From Pyrinomonadaceae bacterium (GTDB taxonomy: Bacteria; Acidobacteriota; Blastocatellia; Pyrinomonadales; Pyrinomonadaceae): a DNA stretch of 27,108 bases. Shown in pieces: positions 8,260 to 16,800 of this stretch. Every line of letters starts with the position of its first letter. The stretch's first letter is position 1. The notes below the pieces were generated by a model. That model saw only the letters and a program-made list of their open reading frames with translations, searched no databases and had not been told where the DNA came from. The translations under genes and the position numbers were made by a program. The DNA lies in contig DASPKR010000545.1 in assembly GCA_035627975.1 (NCBI GenBank), positions 1 through 27,108 on the forward strand, read 5' to 3'.

Positions 8260-8339
8260 AAAGGAGTTGCCGCCGTCTCGGGCGGGGCTTGCCGGCCGCG
8301 TGCCAACGGCAACAGCCCCGCCCCGGCGTCAACTCCTTT
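8260..8339. other. Long imperfect hairpin (about 30 bp stem) between ffs and the VOC gene
   Basis: AAAGGAGTTG/CAACTCCTTT (10 bp), CGCCG/CGGCG (5 bp), TCTC bulge, GGGCGGGGCT/AGCCCCGCCC (10 bp), TGCCG/CGGCA (5 bp), 12-nt loop. Confidence 0.75.
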
Positions 8340-8352
8340 TCCCGTTTCGGCG

Positions 8353-8727
8353 ATGAAGATAAACATTCTGCGGCTCGACCACGTGCAGGTCTGCGTCCCG
8401 CCGGGCGCCGAAGAGCGTGCGCGGGATTTCTACGGCGGGGTGCTCGGCCTCGAAGAAATAGAGAAGCCGGAGGCGCTTAAGAAGAGCGGCGGCCTCTGGT
8501 ACAACGTCGCGGACGTGCAGCTACACATCGGCGTCGAGCCGGAGGTCGCCCCGTCGAAGCGCCACCCCGCCTTCGAGGTCGAGGACGCGGCGGGCGTGCG
8601 CGCCTACCTCGAAGGGCGCGGCGTCCGCACTAAGGACGAGGTGACCATCCCCGGCGTCGCCGGGCGCTTCTCCTTCTTCGACCCCTTCGGCAACCGCATC
8701 GAGCTTATCGAGAAGGCGAAAAGCTGA
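8353..8727 (+). CDS. VOC/glyoxalase-family protein
   Basis: 124 aa from ATG 8353. RLDHVQV, ARDFYGGVLGL, QLHIG, HPAFEV, FSFFDPFGNRIELIE. Confidence 0.92.
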   Translation: MKINILRLDHVQVCVPPGAEERARDFYGGVLGLEEIEKPEALKKSGGLWYNVADVQLHIGVEPEVAPSKRHPAFEVEDAAGVRAYLEGRGVRTKDEVTIPGVAGRFSFFDPFGNRIELIEKAKS

Positions 8728-8744
8728 AAGCCGGGCGCTCCCCT

Positions 8745-10832
8745 ATGTCCTACCAAGTCATCGCGCGCAAGTGGCGGCCGCAGACCTTCGAGGAGGTCAC
8801 GGGGCAGGAGCACATCACGCGGACGCTGCGCAACGCCGTCGAGCACGAGCGCCTCCACCACGCCTACCTATTCTCGGGCGCCCGCGGCGTCGGGAAGACC
8901 ACCACGGCGCGGCTGCTGGCGAAGGCCGTCAACTGCCACAAGTCCGACAGGCCGACCCCTACGCCCTGCCGCTCGTCTGACCCGGCGGCTTGCCCGTCCT
9001 GCCGCGAGATAGCCGAGGGCCGTTCGATAGACGTGCTCGAGATTGACGCCGCGTCGAACACCGGCGTTGACAACGTGCGCGACGCCATCATCAACACCAT
9101 CGGCGTGCGCGCCGCCCGCGACCGCTACAAGGTCTTCATCATTGACGAAGTCCACATGCTCTCGACGCCGGCCTTCAACGCGCTCTTGAAGACTCTGGAA
9201 GAGCCGCCGCCCCGCGTGCTCTTCATCATGGCGACGACGCACGCGCACAAAGTCCCCGAGACCATCCTCTCGCGCAGCCAGCAGTTCGAGTTCCGCACCA
9301 TCGCCGCCTCGAAGATAGCCGAGCGCCTCCGCCTCATCGCCGACGCCGAGAAGATTGACGTGAGCGACGACGCGCTGCGCGAGGTGGCGCGCGCCGGCGA
9401 GGGCTCGATGCGCGACGCGCAGTCGGCCTTCGACCAGGTCATCAGCTTCAGCGAGGGCCGGATAGAGGCGGCCGACGTCGAGGCCGCGCTCGGCCTCGCG
9501 GGAACGGAGCTTCTCTCGCGCGTGATGCGCGCCGTCGCCGACGCTAAGCCGGCCGAAGCCCTCGCGGTAGTTGATGACCTCGTGGCTCGCGGCCACGACC
9601 TTAGGAACTTCTGCCGCGACCTGCTCGCGCACCTGCGCGGCCTGCTGGTCGTCAAGGTCGCGGGCGACTCGTCGCCGCTCGCCGACATCACCGAGGCCGA
9701 GCGCAGGGAACTCTCCGCGGAGGCGCGCGACTTCTCCGAGTCCGACATCGTCCGCTTCTTCCACAGCCTTACAGAGACGGAGGCGCGCCTGCGCGAGAGC
9801 GCGCACCCGCGCTACCAGTTAGAGATCGGGCTGGTGAAGCTCATCGAGATGCGCCGGCTCGCGCCGCTCTCGCAGATAGTCGAGCGTCTGGGCGCGCTCG
9901 AAGCCGCCCTCCGCAACGGGGGAGGCACAGGAAGCCCCGGCGCGCAGACGCCGCCCGCCAGCGCCCCCGCCGCCGGCACTCCCTCGCGCGCGGGCGGTCG
10001 TGGCGGCGGCGCGGCCTCTTTCTCCGCCGCCGAGCCCGGGCCGCAGCCGCAAGCCCCGAGCGCCTCGGCGCCCGCCCGCACTTCGGCCGAGACCTTTAAC
10101 GCGCCGCCGTCAATCGCCGCCGCGCCGCCGAGCGCGACGGCGCCCGCCCCCTCGAACTTCGGCGCGGGCCGCGCCGCGACCGCCTCGACGCCGAACCTGA
10201 AGCTCGTCCCGCCGTCGAGCGGCGGCGCGCGCACGTCGGACGTACCCTTCCCCGTCGCCGGCCCCGAAGGCCCCCCCGAGCCGCTCTCGTTCTTCGAGGA
10301 GGTGCGCGCGGGCGAAGACCGCGTGGGCCAGCCCGTCTCGCTAAGGCCCGCGAGCGCGCCTTCGCCGGCCGGCGCGACCGCCTCCGGGCCTGCGCGGGGG
10401 GGGGCGCGCGAGGCGCAGGCCGACGACGCCGCGAGCCGCATCAAGCGGGGACTGGAAGAGCGCTCGAAGCCTTTACTCGCGGCCGCCGTGGACGGCGCGC
10501 GCCGCGTGCTCACAGAAGGCGAAGAGGTTTACGTCGAGTTCGCGCCCGACACGAAACACCTGCGCGACACGCTCTCGCGGCCGGAGAACATGAGGCTGCT
10601 GCGCGAGGCCTGCTGCCAGGCGCTCGGCCGGCAGGTCGGCGTGCGCGTCGAGGTTCGTGTGCCGGGCGAGTCGGACGACGTGCCGCTCACGCGGCAGGAC
10701 GAGGAGCGGCTCGAGCAGCAGCGCCTCCGCGAGTTCGCCGAGAACCACCCTCTCGTGCAGAAGGTCTTAAAGACGTTCCGCGCCGAGATAATCGAGGTCA
10801 AGCGCATAGACGGCGGCCAGCAGCAGCAGTAG
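8745..10832 (+). CDS. dnaX: DNA polymerase III subunit gamma/tau
   Basis: 695 aa. ARKWRPQTFEEVTGQEH, Walker A GARGVGKTT, EIDAASN, IIDEVHMLS..AFNALLKTLEEPP, GSMRDA; long Pro/Ala linker; C-terminal tau-type helical domain. Confidence 0.98.
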   Translation: MSYQVIARKWRPQTFEEVTGQEHITRTLRNAVEHERLHHAYLFSGARGVGKTTTARLLAKAVNCHKSDRPTPTPCRSSDPAACPSCREIAEGRSIDVLEIDAASNTGVDNVRDAIINTIGVRAARDRYKVFIIDEVHMLSTPAFNALLKTLEEPPPRVLFIMATTHAHKVPETILSRSQQFEFRTIAASKIAERLRLIADAEKIDVSDDALREVARAGEGSMRDAQSAFDQVISFSEGRIEAADVEAALGLAGTELLSRVMRAVADAKPAEALAVVDDLVARGHDLRNFCRDLLAHLRGLLVVKVAGDSSPLADITEAERRELSAEARDFSESDIVRFFHSLTETEARLRESAHPRYQLEIGLVKLIEMRRLAPLSQIVERLGALEAALRNGGGTGSPGAQTPPASAPAAGTPSRAGGRGGGAASFSAAEPGPQPQAPSASAPARTSAETFNAPPSIAAAPPSATAPAPSNFGAGRAATASTPNLKLVPPSSGGARTSDVPFPVAGPEGPPEPLSFFEEVRAGEDRVGQPVSLRPASAPSPAGATASGPARGGAREAQADDAASRIKRGLEERSKPLLAAAVDGARRVLTEGEEVYVEFAPDTKHLRDTLSRPENMRLLREACCQALGRQVGVRVEVRVPGESDDVPLTRQDEERLEQQRLREFAENHPLVQKVLKTFRAEIIEVKRIDGGQQQQ

Positions 10833-10887
10833 CCTGAACAAACTCGGCGGCGGGGGCGTATAGCCTTCGCGGAGGTGATTTGTAAAG

Positions 10888-11094
10888 ATGCGTGATCCGG
10901 TTCTGGCTGGCCTGCTTAGCTTCATAATCCCGGGCGTCGGGCAGCTCTACAACGGGCAGATTCTGTGGGGCATTCTGTGGCTGATATTCACGCCCGGCTT
11001 TTGGATAGGCACGGGCGGCCTGCTCGGCTGGCTCTGCCACATCATCGCCGCCTACCTCGCCTACTCCTACGCCAAAGACCACCCCGTCCGCTAG
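10888..11094 (+). CDS. Small membrane protein (TM2-like LS..IPG.GQ.Y.G motif)
   Basis: 68 aa, hydrophobic, LAGLLSFIIPGVGQLYNGQ. SD GGAGGTGA at 10871-10878; followed by a terminator. Confidence 0.8.
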   Translation: MRDPVLAGLLSFIIPGVGQLYNGQILWGILWLIFTPGFWIGTGGLLGWLCHIIAAYLAYSYAKDHPVR

Positions 11095-11118
11095 GAAGTC
11101 GAAGACGGTAGGGCCGCG

Positions 11119-11164
11119 AAAAAGGTGAAGGCGGAGGGCGCCGCTGCCCTCCGCCTTCCTTTTT
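11119..11164. terminator. Bidirectional intrinsic terminator
   Basis: GAAGGCGGAGGGC (11127-11139) / GCCCTCCGCCTTC (11146-11158), A5 on the left and T5 on the right, between convergent genes. Confidence 0.88.
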
Positions 11165-11182
11165 GCCTAGCGGCGCCCCGCG

Positions 11183-13183
11183 TCAGGGCTTCTGCGCCTC
11201 TTTGGGCGGCGCGGCGCGCGGGATGTCGTCGTCGAGAACGGGCGCGAGCAGCTCGGCCTCGGGCGACTCCGTCTTCATGCGCGGCGGGCCGCGGCGCAGC
11301 ACGGGCGGCACCTTCGGGCGCGGGATTTTGACGGTCGCGACCGAGTCGGTGCGCTTCAGGATAGTGCCGCCCCGGCCCGCGACCCAGGCGGCCGTGCCGC
11401 CGAGGTAGGAGGCGCCGAAGAGCGACGCGCTCGTCACCGTCGGCTGCAACATCCACTCCTCGCCGCCGTCCGAAGTCTGAAGCACGCGCCCCTGCTCGCC
11501 CACCACCATCACGTCGTCGCGCCCCGCGACGGCCACCGAGTAGAGGTTAATCTTTAAGCCCGACTCCTGATCCTTCCACGTCTTCCCGCCGTCGTCGGTG
11601 CGGAGTATGAGGCCGCGCTCGCCGACCATGTAGCCGCGCTGCGCGTCGGCGAACGCCAGCCCGTAGAGCCACTCTTTGGCGTTAACGTTCACCGTGTCCC
11701 AACTCTCGCCGCCGTCCGTGCTGCGAAGCACCGTGCCGTTCGAGCCGACGGCCACGGCCGTCGCGGGGTCGGCGAAGGCCACGGCCTCGATCCAGTTCTG
11801 CGTGAACGAGGAGCGAAGGCGCCAGGTCTTCCCGCCGTCGTCCGTCTTCAAAATCCTCCCGCGCGCGCCGACGGCGACGCCGCGCGAGGCGTCAACGAAG
11901 TGGACGCCGAAGAGGTCGTCTTCGATTTCGGAGGCGGCCTGCTCCCACGAGATGCCGCCCGTCGGCGAGCGCAGTATGGTGCCGCGCTCGCCGACGGCCC
12001 AGCCCCGCAACTCGTCGGCGAAGAAGACCGCGTGCAGCCGCGCCGTCGTCCCCGAGGGCCGGAGCGTCCAGCGCTTACCGCCAGAAGAGGTGTAGAGAAT
12101 GCGACCGCGCGAGCCGACGGCCCAGCCGCGGTCGTCGTCCAAGAAGAAGATGTCAGCGAGGTCGTCGCGCCCGCCGTCCGTCAGACGGCGCCACTGTATG
12201 CCGCCGTCGTCGGTGCGAAGTATCAGCCCGTCCCGGCCGGCGGCCCATCCCGTGCTCTCGTCGGCGAAGTGAATGGCCGCGAGGCGCGGGCGCGTCTTTA
12301 CGCTCACGGGGAACCATGTCAGCCCGCCGTTGCCTGTCGTGAGCACCTGCCCCTCGTCGCCGGTCGCCCAGCCGTGCTCGGAGTCGGAGAAGAAGACCGA
12401 GAGCAGGTCGGCGCGCGTAAGCGCGTCCGCGACCGCCCACGTCTCGCCGCCGTCCTCCGTGCGGGCCATCAGCCCGCCCATGCCGACGGCGACTGCGCGG
12501 CCCGTCGGGCCGGCGAAGGCGACGCTCGTGAAGGGAAGCTCAGTCTCGACGGGGCGCGCGACCCACGTCTGGCCGCCGTCGCGAGTGACGACGAGCGTGC
12601 CGTCCTCGCCGGCCGCCACGCCGTTCTTCACGCCCGAGAAGGAGACGGAGTAGAGGTGCGCCCTCACGCCCGACTTCTGCGCCGCCCAGGTCTTCCCGCC
12701 GTCCGAGGTCTTAACTATCTGCCCGTAGCTGCCCACTGCCCAGCCGTGCAGCGCGTCGGGCGCGAACGCGACCGAGTAGAGGTGGTCGCGCACGCCGGTC
12801 TGTCGTATCAGCCAGGTCTTGCCGGCGTTCGCGGTCATGAGCACCTGCCCGCGCGAGCCGACGGCTACGGCCGTCCGCGCGTCCTTGACGAAGAGGCCGT
12901 AGAGCGGGACGGGCGTCCCCGAGCGCTGCTCCTTCCAGCGGAAGCCGCCGTCCTCCGTGCGGAGTATCACGCCGGCGGCGCCGACGGCCCATCCCGTCCG
13001 CTTGTCCGCGGCGAAGCGCACTGCGTAGATGGCGTTGCCCTGCGGCAGTGGGTTCTGCCACAGCCACGGCTGCTGCGCCTGCCGCGCGAGGGCCGCCGGC
13101 GGCGCCGCGCAAGCGAGGGCGAGCGCCGCGAGGCACAGGAGCGCCGCGCGCTTCGTCGTCGTAGCTGGAACGTATGCGGCCAT
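11183..13183 (-). CDS. Secreted YCF48-like / BNR-repeat beta-propeller protein (14 blades)
   Basis: 666 aa. Signal peptide; 14 repeats of L..V.F.D...GWAVG..G.IL.T.DGG.TW counted by eye; short Pro/Arg-rich tail. Confidence 0.88.
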   Translation of the reverse strand: MAAYVPATTTKRAALLCLAALALACAAPPAALARQAQQPWLWQNPLPQGNAIYAVRFAADKRTGWAVGAAGVILRTEDGGFRWKEQRSGTPVPLYGLFVKDARTAVAVGSRGQVLMTANAGKTWLIRQTGVRDHLYSVAFAPDALHGWAVGSYGQIVKTSDGGKTWAAQKSGVRAHLYSVSFSGVKNGVAAGEDGTLVVTRDGGQTWVARPVETELPFTSVAFAGPTGRAVAVGMGGLMARTEDGGETWAVADALTRADLLSVFFSDSEHGWATGDEGQVLTTGNGGLTWFPVSVKTRPRLAAIHFADESTGWAAGRDGLILRTDDGGIQWRRLTDGGRDDLADIFFLDDDRGWAVGSRGRILYTSSGGKRWTLRPSGTTARLHAVFFADELRGWAVGERGTILRSPTGGISWEQAASEIEDDLFGVHFVDASRGVAVGARGRILKTDDGGKTWRLRSSFTQNWIEAVAFADPATAVAVGSNGTVLRSTDGGESWDTVNVNAKEWLYGLAFADAQRGYMVGERGLILRTDDGGKTWKDQESGLKINLYSVAVAGRDDVMVVGEQGRVLQTSDGGEEWMLQPTVTSASLFGASYLGGTAAWVAGRGGTILKRTDSVATVKIPRPKVPPVLRRGPPRMKTESPEAELLAPVLDDDIPRAAPPKEAQKP

Positions 13184-13252
13184 AAAAAGGCGTGCGGTCG
13201 GGAGGGAGATTTTAGCCCGAACGGGGCGCCGGGCCTAGCGCCCAGGGAGATC

Positions 13253-13322
13253 GCCATAAAGGCACAGAGGCACAGAGATCAAACAATTCTGAGTTCCCTC
13301 TGTGCCTCTGTGCCTTTATGGC
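13253..13322. repeat. Perfect 25-bp inverted repeat built on an 8-nt tandem unit (GCACAGAG / CTCTGTGC)
   Basis: GCCATAAAGGCACAGAGGCACAGAG (13253-13277) and CTCTGTGCCTCTGTGCCTTTATGGC (13298-13322); 20-nt AT-rich loop. Confidence 0.95.
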
Positions 13323-13327
13323 TAATT

Positions 13328-13795
13328 CTACCGGCCGCCGGTGGCGCTCCCCGCGACCGCTTCGGCGGCCTCGCTCAGGACTTCGCGGTCGGCGCGGCCG
13401 AGGCCGGCTACCTTACGGGCGGCGCGGTCAACGGCCTCCTGCGCGACGTGGCCGGCGTGGCCCTTGACCCACTCCCACGAGACGCTGTGCGGCCCCGCGG
13501 CCTTGTCGAGCCGCTCCCACCACTCGTGGTTGGACTTGCGCCGGAAGCGCCCGCTCATCGTCTCTACGACGTAGCGCGAATCTGTCATCAGGCGCACGCG
13601 GCACGGCTCGCGCAATTGTTCGAGCCCGAGCGCCGCGGCCGCTATCTCCGCCTGCTGGTTCGTAGCCTCGCCCAGGTAGAGCCCGAACGCGCGCCAAGTC
13701 CCCATGTAGCCCAAAAGCGCCACGGCCGCCGCGCGCGCCGCCCCCTGCCCGTTCCCCAGGCTCGACCCGTCGCAATAGATAAGGACTTCCTTCAT
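13328..13795 (-). CDS. rnhA: Ribonuclease HI
   Basis: 155 aa from ATG 13795. YCDGS (D9), TNQQAE (E50), MTDSRYV (D72), WEWVKGHAGH, EAVD (D123): the full acidic catalytic set. Confidence 0.93.
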   Translation of the reverse strand: MKEVLIYCDGSSLGNGQGAARAAAVALLGYMGTWRAFGLYLGEATNQQAEIAAAALGLEQLREPCRVRLMTDSRYVVETMSGRFRRKSNHEWWERLDKAAGPHSVSWEWVKGHAGHVAQEAVDRAARKVAGLGRADREVLSEAAEAVAGSATGGR

Positions 13796-13817
13796 AAGCG
13801 CGCGGGCGGGCGGTTTC

Positions 13818-16800
13818 TCACGCGACCTCCTGGGCCTCGCGCGTGACGGCGACGACGTGGTCAACGGACTGCTCGAAGGTGTCGTCGTGGGAGATGACGA
13901 AGAGCTGGTCGAAGTCGCGCACCTGGCCTATCTGCTGCGCGAGGCGCTCGCGCCGCTCGGCGTCCATGTTGACGGTCGGCTCGTCGAAGAAGGCGACGCG
14001 TATGTCGGAGAGCTGCTTGAGGAGGGCGAGGCGGACGGAGAGGGCCGCGACCATCTGCTCGCCGCCCGAGAGGTTCACGAAGGGGCGCTCGTGGCCGCCC
14101 TCTTCGAGCATTATCTCGTAGTCGCGCGTCCAACGCAGCGCCCTCCCGCCCTCGCCCGTTATCTCTCGGAAGAGGTGGTTGGCCTCAATAGAGATGTTGT
14201 AGAGGTAGCTTTCGGTGACGAGCGGGCCTGCCTTCCTGAGCGTGTCGCGTATGAACTCGGTCGTCTGCGAAAGCTCTTCGAGCCGCTCTCGCTCCCTGAG
14301 CTCCTCGCGCATCGTCTCGCGAACCTCTTCGAGGCGCGCGAGCTCGGCCCGGAGCGCTCCCTCGCGCTCGCGCGCGGCTTCGAGCTGCGCCGAGGTCTTC
14401 GCGGCCTCCTCGCGTGCGAGCGCCAGCGCCGCGGCCTCAGAGGCGTGGCGGTCGCGGTCGTATGCGGCGGCGGCGCGCTCGTGCTCTTCGCGTGCGCGCG
14501 CGGCCGCGCGGGCCGCGCGCGCGGCCTCCTCCTCGGCGTCTCGGGCGGCCGCCTGGCGCGCCGGCAGAGTCGAGGCGAGCGAGGCGCACTCGAGGTGCTC
14601 GCGGTAGGCGTCGGCCGACGAGTCGCGCAGCGAGGCGGCCCCGGCCCATTCGGCGTCGAGTCGCGCGAAGCGCGCGAGCCGGGCGTCGAGCGCGGCCGAC
14701 TGCTCGCGCAGGGCGGCGACAGCCTTGAGTGCCTCCTCAGACTCAAGCCGAAGCTCTTCGGCGCGCCCGGCCTCCGTGCGCAGCGCCGCGGCGCGGCCGC
14801 GCGGGTCGCCCAGCTCTCGCAAGCGGCGCTCGACGGCCTCCGCGTCCGCGGCGAGCGACTCCTCGCCGCCGGCAATCGCCGCGACCTGCTCGCGCTCGTC
14901 ACGGCGCGCCCTGCCCTCTTCGGTTATCTCTTCGAGCCGCGCGCGAAGGGGCTCAAGCTCGGCGTAGCGGAGCGCGCCCTCGCGCGCGCGCCTGAGCAGG
15001 TCGTCAATGCCGATGATCTGTGACTGTAGCTCGTCCTGCAACTTCTCGTCCGCGTCCGCCGAGAGCGCTGCCATCTCTTCGTCTATGGCGGCGAGCGCGG
15101 CCTCGCGCTCGCGCAGAAGCTCGCGGTCGTGCGCGAGGCGTGCGCGCGTCGTCTCGAAGCGCGCGGCCGTCTTCTCGGCGTCGCGCGCCTGCCGCAGCTC
15201 GCGCGCGGCCGCCGTCTGCTCGCGCTCGACCTGCGACAGGCTCGCGCGGCCCGCTTTTATCTGCTCGCCGAAGTGATCCTCGAAGGTGCGGCCCTCCTCG
15301 GCGAGGTTCTTGCAGGTCTCGTGGAGGATGGGGCAGACGCCGCCGCGGGCGCGCTCGCTGGCGCGCTCGTCGCGCGCGATGGCCTCGCGCAGGCGCGCGG
15401 CCCTGTCAGAGAGCTCGCGCTCGCGCGATTCTAGCTCGGCCAGATGGCCGGCCCGCGCGGCGGCCTGCTCGTACTCGCGCGCCTCCCTTTCGAGCGACGC
15501 GAGCCCGCGCCGCAGCCTCTCGATTTCGCGCTCGGCCTCGCGCCTCTCGCGCGTGAGGTGTTTGCGCGACGTGAGCGCCTTCTCCACTTTGCTCAGGCGC
15601 GTCTCGACGCCCATGCGCTCGCTCTCGAGGCGCTCGGCCTCGCCTTGCGCGCCCGCAAGGGCCTCGGCCGCGCGCACTCGCTCGCGCGTCTCCGTGTGCT
15701 GGCGGCGCAGGCTCTCGAGCTCGCGGTCGAGGCGCGTGAGGCGCTCTCGGGCGGCGCGCGCCTCGGCGAGCAGGTCGCGCAGGCGCTCGCGCTCGCGCTC
15801 CGACTCCTCCTGCGCGGCGAGGTCGCCTTCGAGCCCGGCCAGCGCCTCGCGCGCCGACTCGGCGCGTGCGAGCGCGTCGCCCAGGCGGCGTGCGTCGGCC
15901 TCGGCCGCGGCCAGTGTGCGCGCGACCTCGGCGGCCTCCGCGCGCAGGAGCTCGCGCTCGGCGCGCTCGGCTTCGAGGGAGCGCAGGCGCTCGGTCGCCT
16001 CAATGAACTTCTCGTAGCCGTCGCGCGTGGTGCGCTGGCGCTCGCCCGCCGCGCGCGCGGCCTCGAGCTCGGCGCTGAGGTCGCCCAGGCGGCGCTCGGC
16101 CGACTCGCGCTCGACTTCGAGCCGGACGGCGCGGGCGTGCGCCTCGGCCGCGCGCCGCTCCGCCTCTTCGAGCGCGGCGACGACGAGCAAACGCGACTCG
16201 GCCTCGGCGCGGAGCGAGCCGAGCGCGGCGGTCAGCTCCTCAACGCGCCGCGCGGCCGACTCGTGCTCGGCCGCAGCGTCGTCGTAGCGGGCGAGTTGGG
16301 CCTCGGCGCCGCCGATGCGGACGCGCGCTTCCGTGATGCGCTCGTTGATGAGGGAGACGGTGTCGCGCAGTCGCTCGGCCGACTCGCGGTACTCCTCGAC
16401 CTTGAGCAGGCGGTCGAAAGACTTCTTGCGGTCGGTCGGGGTCTGTAGGAAGTCCGAGGTGAAGAGCCCCTGCGGGACGCCTATGGCGGAGCGGAAGAGA
16501 GCCTTCAGATCGGTGCCGGGCTCGATGCCGAGGTGCAGGTCGAGCCACTTGCGCACGTCGGCCTTGCCCGAAGCGAGCTTCATCTTCAGCTCCGGGTCAT
16601 AGACGTAGTAGCCCGTCCCCGTGTCGCGATAGACGACGTAGAGGCGCTCGTCCAGGTCGTTCTGGAAGGTGACGCGCACGGTGCCGCGCTTGGCGCCGCG
16701 CCGCAGGAAGTCATCCTTGCTGTAGTCGAGCACGTCGAAGAGCGCCCAGGCGACGGCCTCCAGTATCGTCGTCTTGCCGGCGCCGTTCGGCCCGACAATA

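Noticed and set aside
8224-8352. ORF-track N-terminal extension of the VOC protein
   Set aside because: It overlaps SRP RNA and the hairpin. VOC homology starts at ATG 8353.
8716-8735. AAAGCTG-AAAGCCG heptamer pair at the VOC stop as a sixth repeat element
   Set aside because: Only two units and no inverted partner arm.
9840-10440. Programmed -1 frameshift producing a gamma subunit of DnaX
   Set aside because: No A-AAA-AAG or long A-run slippery site was seen in the linker.
10817-10829. CAG repeat (QQQQ) at the dnaX 3' end, and Pro/Ala low-complexity linkers in dnaX, the barrel protein and the last ORF
   Set aside because: Too short for phase variation, in frame, and typical of disordered linkers.
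11183-13183. YCF48 similarity as evidence of photosynthesis
   Set aside because: The repeat is widespread in non-phototrophs and no photosystem genes are present.
13328-13795. RNase H as part of a retron or retroelement
   Set aside because: No reverse transcriptase or msr/msd-like structure nearby; it looks like a housekeeping RNase HI.
11900-13846. 648-aa plus-strand ORF and the many other long overlapping ORFs (for example 5734-6807, 8868-9806, 13857-15023, 15444-16448, 17077-18003)
   Set aside because: They lie antisense to or out of frame with well-supported genes and have no recognisable motifs. Such shadow ORFs are expected at about 70% GC.
13796-13864. Upstream start for rnhA
   Set aside because: It overlaps the sbcC 3' end. 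RNase H homology begins at ATG 13795.
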